DNA from: Candidatus Neptunichlamydia sp.
GTDB taxonomy: Bacteria > Chlamydiota > Chlamydiia > Chlamydiales > Simkaniaceae
NCBI GenBank assembly: GCA_965233865.1
Contig: OZ247587.1
Span: forward strand, 320,001 to 384,000
Direction of reading: 5' to 3'
DNA: 64,000 nt
Part shown: positions 22,101 to 27,949 of the stretch, in pieces
How positions within the stretch are numbered: the first letter of the stretch is position 1
How the letters are laid out: each line of letters opens with the position of its first letter
Notes under the pieces: generated by a model
Seen by the model: only the letters and a program-made list of their open reading frames with translations
The model's database searches: none
Told to the model about the DNA's origin: nothing
Made by a program: the position numbers and the translations under genes

Positions 22101-22403
22101 ATTTCTGGCGCTATTGTTGCAACAGGAGCCAACGAGATGACTGATAATGACATCGATACGCCTGTTACTAATCAAGCAAGAGTCATCCTTAAGCTGGCAT
22201 CGGGCTATACCAATTTCTCTGATACAGAGCTTGAAATTCTAGAGTCATGGATGAACCGCACAGGTGTTAATCGTGTGATAAATTTCTTTGAGTCAATGGC
22301 TTACTGCATGCATAAGAAAGAAGACTTTGACCAATCAAATCTCCAAGCACTATTTTTCAAACTCCAAAACAGAGTAAAAGAGCCAGATATTATTCGCGTA
22401 TAA
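10137..22403 (+). CDS. Giant protein (4088 aa) with DUF3638-like SF2 P-loop NTPase module; putative secreted effector
   Basis: Uninterrupted 12.3-kb ORF. Motifs MGDGKSSAVIP (~18873), IDEIHE (~19290), HTGTP, FIDRGA, YFDEPHTYAADVK, QAEYRDR and an acidic EEQEQE tract. Confidence 0.75.
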   Translation: MALGVNPNLNQNNGMLHKFLPMARLNAMQATLVSMVQKAGGLINYELNRAKHVFSFNPNTRRLYDLFQKYFPEGLFPETEAIARLKTRLTELSFASEEARHEFMGNKEALLEMSLLYEKRDHIPVSPEVFRAILHKRQRDQEASFNDVLDYSIAVSRREENSRIDEIIAQTEQGAALLDKEAAILEEGGQQEKAAAKKTKSEEIRRGAVERRKHETERRTGQVESEDHSATRGETDLREDAAQSLKEAQGVRESITEKATEALKSETLSQFVEDTAKHLYSLLEKTPKGKHLVYMGKAGTSSVGVSGVVNIPGLEDHIPPEIKTLLSEKDPKVIGQMAKANVIKKMGPMIMEFLGKETVVRLTEEHRLAHPGEPVTLDPVALFEKWIGKSFERLEGVLNEQMPEQLTAEIVHSLREDAREVFCGVRTETTGEKRRIEELFDEIAGQGFEAFLGRAVGESLVSTRALFTEKLDGVVQGMTQFLPSSAHAALTSLGLIPNIEKPFWIDIVKNFDETFTVKLFANGLSAEAFKEVQIAQKTGLQVPLVFENVDAKKLAQDFFHLLVDYEYRPKYKKGLHSFSVEHVVSGLTHYLGMPKIASDISEIMPHRVVEDQGPLSLMYLYLFNHQSRDISLFHAEHSFDLSWHALIDYWKVFGTPDGLKEDRELRSGIRVAIDHISKEAILLYDDKAISNHKLQQVYATLWEIEGAMHKAEKHQVKTRNGGIIIPLGMQNYLKALLLDSGADPSYLEALKEAFLVAAGDDCEEIFDAVLNELLPELVTSSAVKEAEVLDWQDIFKIEAVKKKIEYIKMNRFSILQLVKFYAKMMVILFSIYQVTLSAKTIATTIEKYYPNLKKKFPFSPFYLGVAMTLFGPQVFAKTLPKDVYESVAAIYHLSTQVSCYIFKRLLMHGFKQVLKKVIKEEDKNSIRTLAKQMQQEVLRKGELGYEVTSSQGNHDKVEVNFIQGPAQESLSAYETTALFKNEVPKPISVTITSENYEKTLDDWVNHAQTLHNDFKEDHYDLIYLNEQIRNLPIPGACDYEDNVWSCIPKEAMDLFEKADTLAKETQQTLDEAEQLRDKAKDLVQEAIPVALEKLHSLLVSLYKASQNTQKNPQHRTETVISFYSLYAIINSFVTRSNNAGFNSLSRQANGEDLFHFTQKAGLKVTHKKSLQQLRAVCSYFDFELGERLTPEEIQNKFSSVHFNYAGTGSYIGGKAFNSKGVKVTVTPYQQLFSTDSPYFSDLLKRPEIKARLEAHGIDRRSTNMDKQLMLFRDPPMLDAPTEARNAWEDNTSDLDLRKGILPREYYILRVAHFMSSSKAIFGTELKEDFLKDPIKRGLSISKVEVQEDIPTGIFGNIKALTSKMYHAATQEAFQAQLLKGNLAILEKQDERLEAIRDRTIGRAVHGKGTEYAVGASQREQDRYKEKTFGVRRVDQTFVIGTIQTVDELSLLSVAEKQILEMVQSYDKDRLIRALEIFSYREDRLRHPEFRVLFDLLCQNLVALEAQAKDRVEIGKYVGQFFANKMNSLKRIGDLETALFMTKMGIELEGFFISHDQTIKNHFPDFASEIRKHIIPAYQALPKEKRVINVGESGKMSGIHLALTTLAVSYMNVDLKVLDTKTYNQALEDIGRFAFYQGRQHPEFQAQWLFGEAKGVVFKWANCLREYCNSVGTKLRDDLLGQLFADAGIDLCKELGAWQGEFPTFKNVKQELIVNLAQKTIHGHASVFLKEKGEEELRRVFGKEDLGKCQFRENNTFKYPTLEIEIHWDLDQRRFIISKDIEEEIATYFSQKEITINWGFSPFVFEAKDLIFANNSRIFVYRDRELIARFTLSKCKELITNFPLEGATVTKREHVINGKWHQAVDLSQQKHELTLLNWFVKLDDIEAYSQPQPAVEGRPARDRLTYVKLKPLNLEFKIVEKEDGTLQAVSMSEGTRGYVLCKRQEDARLYAYPHAIILHNEAGAEKVILKSLPFATIFLKFIVNNIAKTKTSPMIDELINSQAVEGYDKHGLGLIEREMEDLDDIGAQMIRTVYTGGYRRVTLDKAQYFTTNFDENGELSSKDPNMMAYLACYHFCSGDIETAKHYFDRLEVFGNQYPFTEDALNYIDRLILLLGYSRKSLATELALRLAAIREKNYLVQMPTDSEKALGEGEEAVTESGKKLDRLQIFRVLVLQEKYIEYLENLKFGGRQYLTPEDELFIFKTLTRAAKEIFDAKSWNLDEDWQSVLEHFKGDYTSEVLMPPTLVRRFHYLHSKYNEPGIWKSYQNRLLFEEFWYDRINPYTRFLGNPKRSGFFGQINSIVKDIVQSPLLKPQTVDYAMELSTPTYTLENLPLSPIKMEPKLLLSEFVHYYALASNGIPPEWKVNVEKVNIFASKKAEFMKNFPLLMGNFSPKYALFYDLLDRVIKGASLWEPSNFFGEFPTADQIRVELLAVQAGEAAVQSATQEEGQMINKATVRDNAARNALKKRLEEIQSKKVSSDIYSSEIEYIKKYLENSKDTHSLLEWAEGRVSKLCELGEEHTVTYPFSQAAKGVMAFGKGAQKLRSSFKVGDPSDFNNMMQNFVNKSRVRLGLDTLEKATILENACGVAKKVGCLSMGLTAFTLESALTPGFVRMKERLTCGISRVWKQERDVMMENEAPRQEPEKISVELAQVLGQRELLITTAMRELLEEYCTVVTTENPARKEVKYFNSEGLDDEAIRQGFEEFNGALVEYYSREPGMVHAFTLREGGSVEEFIHAIRRLKQEVTVVLEKEQQAIVDFVSQEKLTSDDGVERTLSRLEKTKVRNKPLTFNDILKWFLTEDNTILLNRSETSKEHIPIIKEKVYLYLMTLSRFNILFEKVNSATPQEGIAPLASELLRERTYQVRADEPERLLKAKVAYEAHTGKMLWEVQASHLDRIILQGSSHLMNVMIMGDGKSSAVIPGSDYAAADGRDALVVNVWPKSVKGQSLDMMEQNALGVYGQGVNAFVVDRRRNWDSERLWALAKVFAGALKKREQINVTQEDLQSLLLRFLDEGLDLDEKFRVEKLEYDKRIDLYKEILLALRTQGIGNIDEIHEAAREDKELNFPLGKRKTLKLEYAECLEEVLLQLVSTPEVAQYIMIKDKDPKRLEASVFEEHVAPVIAAKLVALRKFKIAEGDREVIAAYLCGQSATIPESATRHPQFKQIALMRGALMIIIPKTLERIIHKHFHLASSDVGVEYVKPSEGNVNTVDDSDFLSPFETFCKTACLYLKDRLSDAQVLKMIGYLKTKAENEAKKKGSAFELTDTAKIFKENLCPGVNLSDLGEEVSAEIIKQLRKSDALTLAYVRNYIRTEIKYYPTILESNGQDLINIFAKIRTHTGTPEPELLPDGTKIIAREGILGQSLHTFETRNKEVRVFTESDPVAVLETDVIQGFFNQSKSNMNFIDRGAAVNGLTTESVATEIWKGIQDARTEIKGVVFYLNATAVILTEAGVRPLSESRIQPHEYVTYFDEPHTYAADVKGKKIDEVVSLLTVGETTTFEKEMNQAEYRDRGIEAEGHSQVIAMTKHVRNKVIDEERTPSIREVTVFLRTNGRTAKKKRRFFIDSQKLEGLVKQAVIQKALEAKDSNATCRILRAFEEILVSKASDNPVELFGLLRVTEDRKVVLKAIRDRLLKKLSGKGVFNEEEILQLKAKLAAVIEGDRFKLAVEMYETVKTSIRAKFINGNDTHNKSITNHCSSFLDIDIGTTVSPFFDSEEALKENSLMIIQETVLQVIHNKFFTEFQYKEMVDILTSIAGRKTLPVAEERVHAFQSAEGLSVEVLESMGRTVQVQAVAEAENEEQEQEIDNVNNLAQAGLEDPYRVAPDTDISWSEYLTPTNLDQWFKMIEPKGYRFPFGESWRGHSPPLFELKKGLKLSSDDAVRNFADTLPSSICCSWNMFKVFTSSFRSRIVEPFGPRQKPIFEFLVVQKKIKKTIILLDQKEVDFWRRKLKEDRGRKGDVTDTVSYNWNEEIDKRGEIKLALVDNISGAIVATGANEMTDNDIDTPVTNQARVILKLASGYTNFSDTELEILESWMNRTGVNRVINFFESMAYCMHKKEDFDQSNLQALFFKLQNRVKEPDIIRV

Positions 22404-22723
22404 TTTTTTGCAAGATGTTATCAACACATAGGAAGGGAGCGTCTTAGGAGATTCCTTTGACGCTATTAAGCAACCCTTTGGATTTTGTTTTAACAGGTGG
22501 TCAAGTAGTAGTCAGCTTTTTTTGTTGCTAGAGGAAAGGTGTTTTTGGCATAACCTTATATATGAATCTATCTCACTATTCTAAACACCATCTTGTCGAG
22601 TCTTTTTTTCTAGAATCTGAAGTTTCTAACTATCTTACTTTATTAAGTATGGTGTGCAAAGAAATCTCAGATTCTGAAAAAGAACCTTCAAAATTCTGGA
22701 ATTTTTAATAATGAGATAGGTTT

Positions 22724-24220
22724 ATGCAATTAGGAAAATATTTTGGATCTGGACTTAGGCGGTTCTTTTCGGGGATGATGCTCAGTCGTGTGAGCGGGTT
22801 GGGAAGAGACCTTGTGATGGCCTACTCTTTTGGGGATCATGCGGCGGTAGCGGCGTTCATTGTGGCGTTTCGGTTTGCAAATGTCTTGAGGCGTTTTTTT
22901 GGTGAGGGACCCTTGCAATCGGCGCTCATCCCCCAGTTCGAAGGGATGCGCAATGAGAATCGCGAAGAGGCATACTCCTTTTTCCAGAAGCTGTCTGTGC
23001 TTATTGGAGGGTTGGTTCTAGCAATTATTATTGTTTTAGAGCTAGGCATGCAGTTGTGGATAGGATCAGAGATTATTCAACTAACAGGATGGATGCTCCC
23101 TAGCCTTCTCTTCATTTCTTTGTATGGGCTGAATGTTTCATTTTTGCAGTGCCATAGCCGCTTTTTTATTTCGAGTATGGCTCCCTTTTTATGCAATATA
23201 ATGTGGATCATTGGGGCGTTAAGTTTGCGGCATCAAGAGATTCATGGGGCGATGATAGGGCTTGCAAAGTGGGTGCTGTGCGGTTTTGTGATTCAATGGG
23301 GGATTACGGCGTGGCAGCTACGGGGAAGTTTAAGTTGGAAAGGATGGTTCCAGGGGAAATTATTTCATCCAGGAGTGAAGCAACTTGCCAAAGCATTTAG
23401 CCTGGGGGCGCTAGGGGTCGGTGCGGTGCAGATTAATACATTTTTCGATGCGATTTTTGCGCGGTGTGCCTATATTTCAGGGCCTGTCTACTTGTGGTAT
23501 GCAAATCGATTTCAGCAACTCGCCTTGGCAATTTTTGGAATTGCGGCAGTGAGCACCCTTGTACCGGTTCTTTCAAGGGCGATTAAGAAAGGGGAGATTG
23601 AGAGAGGAAAAGAAATCTTTTCCTTTGGGTGCCGCAGGGTCATGATGCTCATGATTCCGATGACCTTTGCGATTTGCATTCTTGGGTTTTCTGCGATTGA
23701 TTTAGTCTTTGGGAGAGGAAGTTTTTCGCTCTATGCAACAAAGCAAACGGCGTGGTGCTTATCGGCGTATTCATTGGGCCTTGTTCCTGCAACGCTCGTA
23801 ATGTATTTTGCGGCAGTTTTGTATGCAAAGGGAAATTTTCGGACAGCGACTTTATTTTCTGTAATGACGGTAGGGATCAATTTAGGGCTGAATTCTTTAT
23901 TCATTTTTGGAATGGGGCTGGGACCTATTTCGACAGCCCTAGCGACGAGTATTGGGGCATGGTGCAACTTTATTGGTCTGCGCACCGCTGTGAAAGGGTG
24001 GAATATGGGGATGAAAGGGAAAGAACTTGCGGGAGTGCTTCTAGGAAGTGGCGGAGCAAGTATGGCAGCTTTTCTAGTGCAAGGACAATGTTCTCATAAG
24101 GTGCTCGCCTTTGCCGTTCCAGGAGTGGTATTTGTGGGAGTCTATGCTCTACTCTTTTGGAAGCGCCTCTTTGATGATCGCTCCACCGAGGCAGGTGTTG
24201 CCGTCATAGAAGACCACTGA
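22724..24220 (+). CDS. murJ: Lipid II flippase MurJ (MviN)
   Basis: Motifs LSRVSGLGRD, RRFFGEGPL and YANRFQQL; multi-TM MOP-type pattern. Confidence 0.92.
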   Translation: MQLGKYFGSGLRRFFSGMMLSRVSGLGRDLVMAYSFGDHAAVAAFIVAFRFANVLRRFFGEGPLQSALIPQFEGMRNENREEAYSFFQKLSVLIGGLVLAIIIVLELGMQLWIGSEIIQLTGWMLPSLLFISLYGLNVSFLQCHSRFFISSMAPFLCNIMWIIGALSLRHQEIHGAMIGLAKWVLCGFVIQWGITAWQLRGSLSWKGWFQGKLFHPGVKQLAKAFSLGALGVGAVQINTFFDAIFARCAYISGPVYLWYANRFQQLALAIFGIAAVSTLVPVLSRAIKKGEIERGKEIFSFGCRRVMMLMIPMTFAICILGFSAIDLVFGRGSFSLYATKQTAWCLSAYSLGLVPATLVMYFAAVLYAKGNFRTATLFSVMTVGINLGLNSLFIFGMGLGPISTALATSIGAWCNFIGLRTAVKGWNMGMKGKELAGVLLGSGGASMAAFLVQGQCSHKVLAFAVPGVVFVGVYALLFWKRLFDDRSTEAGVAVIEDH

Positions 24221-25207
24221 TTGACGAGGAGTAACCGCCCTTTGGGGCTGATCAAAAGCGACAGAAAGCATAGAGCCTTGTTTTGAAACAGTGCAGTGCT
24301 TTTCAACCTGCCTGTAACGCACTTTTGCTTTGCATGTAAAGGGGAATTTTGGAGCAGATCCTACCCAAGAGACATCGGTGGCTGTCAAAGTATCTGTAAA
24401 GAGAGCAGGGTGATTTTCTCCTTGCGCAACGATCAACTTGCGAAATTCTTTTTGCTTATCAACCACAAACCATGCATCACCAGGCCCTCCGATTCCCATT
24501 CCTTTCCGTTGCCCGATTGTGTAGTAATAAATGCCGTCATGGGTCCCTATCTCAGTCCCCTCTACGGTTTCAATTATTCCAGGCTCATGAGGAATATATT
24601 TTTCAAGAAACTCACGGAAGTTGCGCTTTCCGATGAAGCAGATCCCTGTGCTATCTTTTTTATTAAAGACAGGAAGATTTGCTTGCTCAGCGATTTTTCG
24701 GACCTCAGTCTTTTCCATGTGACCGATAGGGAAGAGCACTTTGTTTAGAACCTGGTTTTTTACAGTATAGAGGAAGTAGCTTTGGTCTTTTCCTGGGTCA
24801 CTTCCCTTAAGCAAAGTGCCACTTTTGGTTTGGCAGTAGTGACCAGTTGCAAGAGCATCAGCACCGAGCATTTTAGCTTTTTCAAAGAGGAGTTTGAATT
24901 TGATTTCACGGTTGCAGAGGATATCGGGATTGGGTGTGTGACCGAGCTCAATTTCTTTAAGAAAATGAGTGAAGACGTTGTCCCAATATTCCTGGGCAAA
25001 GTTCACGTTGTAATAGGGGACATCAAGAAGATTGCATACCGCGCGGGCATCTATGGCATCTTTTTCAGCAATGCAGGCACCATCCTGCTCCTCTTCCCAA
25101 TTTTTCATGAAGAGACCAAAGACGTCATGTCCTGCCTTTTTGAGCAAGTAAAGTGAGGTGGAAGAGTCGACTCCACCAGAGAGGGCAACAGCTATTTTCA
25201 TGGACAC
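24149..25207 (-). CDS. mnmA: tRNA 2-thiouridylase
   Basis: Motifs ALSGGVDSS, TPNPDILCNREIKF, ATGHY, KDQSYFL, DSTGICFIG and YTIGQRKG. Confidence 0.97.
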   Translation of the reverse strand: MSMKIAVALSGGVDSSTSLYLLKKAGHDVFGLFMKNWEEEQDGACIAEKDAIDARAVCNLLDVPYYNVNFAQEYWDNVFTHFLKEIELGHTPNPDILCNREIKFKLLFEKAKMLGADALATGHYCQTKSGTLLKGSDPGKDQSYFLYTVKNQVLNKVLFPIGHMEKTEVRKIAEQANLPVFNKKDSTGICFIGKRNFREFLEKYIPHEPGIIETVEGTEIGTHDGIYYYTIGQRKGMGIGGPGDAWFVVDKQKEFRKLIVAQGENHPALFTDTLTATDVSWVGSAPKFPFTCKAKVRYRQVEKHCTVSKQGSMLSVAFDQPQRAVTPRQSVVFYDGNTCLGGAIIKEALPKE

Positions 25208-25253
25208 ATTTTATACCTTTTCATCTTACTTTCAAAGTTGTATAAAAAAAACT

Positions 25254-26528
25254 ATGAACAAAGATCACCGTGTTCTAGGTATTTTTATATATACTCTGAT
25301 GACTCTCTTTCTCCTATTTGAGATGGCACTACAGGTATCCCCAAGTGTGATGATGGTTTCGTTAATGCACGATTTTAATATCGGAGCAGCAACGCTCGGT
25401 GTGATGGCTTCCTTCTACTTTTATAGTTATACTTTGATGCAAATTCCCGTGGGTCTTTTATACGATCGCTATAGCGCACGAGGGCTGATTACTTTTGCCG
25501 CGATCATATGTACGATTGGATCTTTTTTCTTTGCCTTTACCCATCATGTGGTTTGGGCAGGTTTAGGTCGCTTCATGATGGGAATTGGATCTGCCTTTGC
25601 TTTTGTGGGAGTGCTTATAGTTGCTGCTCGATGGTTTCCTCGTAGATATTTTGCTTTTCTAGTGGGGACTGCTCAGTTTCTTGCAGCAATGGGAGCTCTT
25701 TGTGGAGAATTGCCGATTGCAGCATTGCTCAATCATGTCATTTGGAGGGTCGTCATGGTCATTTTTGGAATGATTGGTCTTGTTATGACAGTCTTATGTT
25801 TCATGATTGTTAGAGATAACCCCTACAATAATCGCGACATTCTCAAGAGGCAACACCTCAAACAAGAATTGAAAGAAATTGTGAGGTCGGCGCAGACTTG
25901 GTGGGTTGCCCTGTATGCTTTTTGTGGGTGGGGACCTATTGCTGTATTTGCAGCGTTATGGGGAGTTCCTTATCTAATGGTTCGGTTTCGAGTGCCTACA
26001 ACGAAAGCTGCACTCGCAATGGCTCTTGTATGGATCGGGGTAGGAGTGATGAGTCCCATTCTAGGATGGTTTTCTGATAAATTAGGGCGTCGATGCATTC
26101 TTCTCCGTGTGACTTCCTTAATCGGTCTTCTTAGTTCTCTTGCTCTTTTCTATCTTCCAGGCATCTCGTTTGAGTTTTCCTTTGTTTTTCTCCTAGGAAT
26201 TGGAATTGCAGCTTCTGGACAGATCTTGACCTTTGCTCTTGTCAAAGATAATAACCGACCCACGACAACTGGAACTGCAGTTGGTTTGAACAACATGGCT
26301 GTTGTTGCTGGTGGGGCAATTTTTCAACCTTTAGTTGGGCTCCTTCTCCATCTCTTTTGGGATCATAAAATGAGTGACAGTGGGGTTCCTTTCTATTCAG
26401 TTGAGAACTACCATCTCGGCTTGCTGATTGTTCCTCTCTGCTTTCTTGTCGGCTTGATCGTCAGCTTTTTTCTCATCAAGGAGACTTATTGCCATCAAAA
26501 ATATGATGCAGATGCTCTAAAACAATAG
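25254..26528 (+). CDS. MFS transporter (Pht-like)
   Basis: 12-TM pattern with FEMALQVSPSVM, YSYTLMQIPVGLLYDRY, LWGVPYL and GWFSDKLGRR. ATG at 25254 avoids overlap with mnmA. Confidence 0.88.
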   Translation: MNKDHRVLGIFIYTLMTLFLLFEMALQVSPSVMMVSLMHDFNIGAATLGVMASFYFYSYTLMQIPVGLLYDRYSARGLITFAAIICTIGSFFFAFTHHVVWAGLGRFMMGIGSAFAFVGVLIVAARWFPRRYFAFLVGTAQFLAAMGALCGELPIAALLNHVIWRVVMVIFGMIGLVMTVLCFMIVRDNPYNNRDILKRQHLKQELKEIVRSAQTWWVALYAFCGWGPIAVFAALWGVPYLMVRFRVPTTKAALAMALVWIGVGVMSPILGWFSDKLGRRCILLRVTSLIGLLSSLALFYLPGISFEFSFVFLLGIGIAASGQILTFALVKDNNRPTTTGTAVGLNNMAVVAGGAIFQPLVGLLLHLFWDHKMSDSGVPFYSVENYHLGLLIVPLCFLVGLIVSFFLIKETYCHQKYDADALKQ

Positions 26529-26587
26529 CTTATGGTATTATTATTTGTTTATCCCCATACCCAAAACAGGTAGAGCGTTGCGCAAGA

Positions 26588-27910
26588 TTACGACAACGCG
26601 TGCGCCTTTGAAGGTTCTTCGGGGCTTTGCTTCTCTGATCTGTGATTTTCTTTTACAAAGAAGGCAAGGATAAAGGAGAGAAAAAGGGAGATGGGGAGAA
26701 CCGAGAGGGCTACAGCATAATCGTTGTGGGCATAGGTATTGAGCTTATTGATAGGCTCGCAATTGCAAGACCATTTCAAAAGGAATCCAATAAGAGGCTG
26801 GTAGAGAGGGGCACCAAATATAATGCAAAGCATATTAGTAAACCCCATGGCCACACCCTTCGTAGAAGGGTCCACACAGGTATCTGTAAGAGCAAAAGAA
26901 AGGGCGTAAGAACTCAAGAAAAAGCCAAAGACAAACATTAGAGCAAACATTGTCCCTAGTGGAATATAGGGCATATAGATCATAGCGATGCTTAAAAAAA
27001 ATGAAATAAGTGAGCCCCAAATCATGATGGGGCGACGACGGGTGATATAGACAGAGACCCAGCCAAGAGTTAGGGTTCCAAAACAAGCCCCTAGGAAAAC
27101 CGTTGAAGCGAGCATTGCGGAAGAATCTATTGAAATAGAGTATCTCTTAGCAAAATATGGAACTCCCCAAAGAGCAGCAAAAGCAGGAAAGATTCCAAAA
27201 ACAAGTCCCCCATAAACACCATTAACCCATAGATTTTTGATTGCCAAAACACTGAGGGTGCTCTTCCAAGTTTTTTTGCACATTTCTCGAAAGTTTATCC
27301 CGTTGTGAAGAGGCTGGTCATGTCTAGGGAAGTCATGGATAATAAAAAGGGAGATAAAGGTTAAGAGGAGGCCGATAACGGCTACAGCTATCATTGTCTC
27401 GCGCCATCCAAAGGTAACGACCGCTTTCGCAAGCCCCCCTTCTCCAATCACTCCGCCAGCGAGAGCTAAAAACTCTGTAAGAGCGACGATGAGAGTAAAT
27501 AGGGCCGGCTTAAACCATCTAGCACCGAGGCAAAAAGCGCAGATAATTGCGGGGGCTGTGAAAAAACCCATGAGCATTCGACTTATTTGACCCTCCCAAA
27601 ATGCATGTGAATACGCAAACCATCCAGTAGCAATCGAGCAAAAAAGGAAGCTAATTTTTAAGATGCGGCGGGGACCCCATAGGTCTACGATCATTCCTGC
27701 AGGGATTTGCATGATAATGTAGGTATAAAAAAAACTGGAGGTTAAGACTCCAATTTTGATAACATCGATTTGGTAGGTTTTCATAAGTTGAGGAATCATG
27801 ATACTTGGTGTTCCTTGCAGGAGAAAGGCATAGAGGCCAAAAATAGCCGCTAGTCCCCAGACAAGCCAAGGCATTAGGCGAGATCTGTGTAAAACATCCA
27901 TCAACTTCAT
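26588..27910 (-). CDS. MFS transporter (Pht-like), paralog convergent on the previous gene
   Basis: Motifs YTYIIMQIPAGMIVDLWGPR, FAALWGVPY and YQPLIGFLL. Confidence 0.88.
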   Translation of the reverse strand: MKLMDVLHRSRLMPWLVWGLAAIFGLYAFLLQGTPSIMIPQLMKTYQIDVIKIGVLTSSFFYTYIIMQIPAGMIVDLWGPRRILKISFLFCSIATGWFAYSHAFWEGQISRMLMGFFTAPAIICAFCLGARWFKPALFTLIVALTEFLALAGGVIGEGGLAKAVVTFGWRETMIAVAVIGLLLTFISLFIIHDFPRHDQPLHNGINFREMCKKTWKSTLSVLAIKNLWVNGVYGGLVFGIFPAFAALWGVPYFAKRYSISIDSSAMLASTVFLGACFGTLTLGWVSVYITRRRPIMIWGSLISFFLSIAMIYMPYIPLGTMFALMFVFGFFLSSYALSFALTDTCVDPSTKGVAMGFTNMLCIIFGAPLYQPLIGFLLKWSCNCEPINKLNTYAHNDYAVALSVLPISLFLSFILAFFVKENHRSEKQSPEEPSKAHALS

Positions 27911-27949
27911 CAGGTCATGATATGAAGTTGATGGATTATAAGCTATAAA

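Noticed and set aside
10417..22175. Many short ORFs nested in the giant gene (and similarly in gyrA, gyrB, glmS and GH63)
   Set aside because: Alternative-frame or antisense shadows with no motifs or RBS support.
25158..25253. Extended N-terminus of the MFS ORF
   Set aside because: Overlaps the divergent mnmA start; ATG 25254 fits better.
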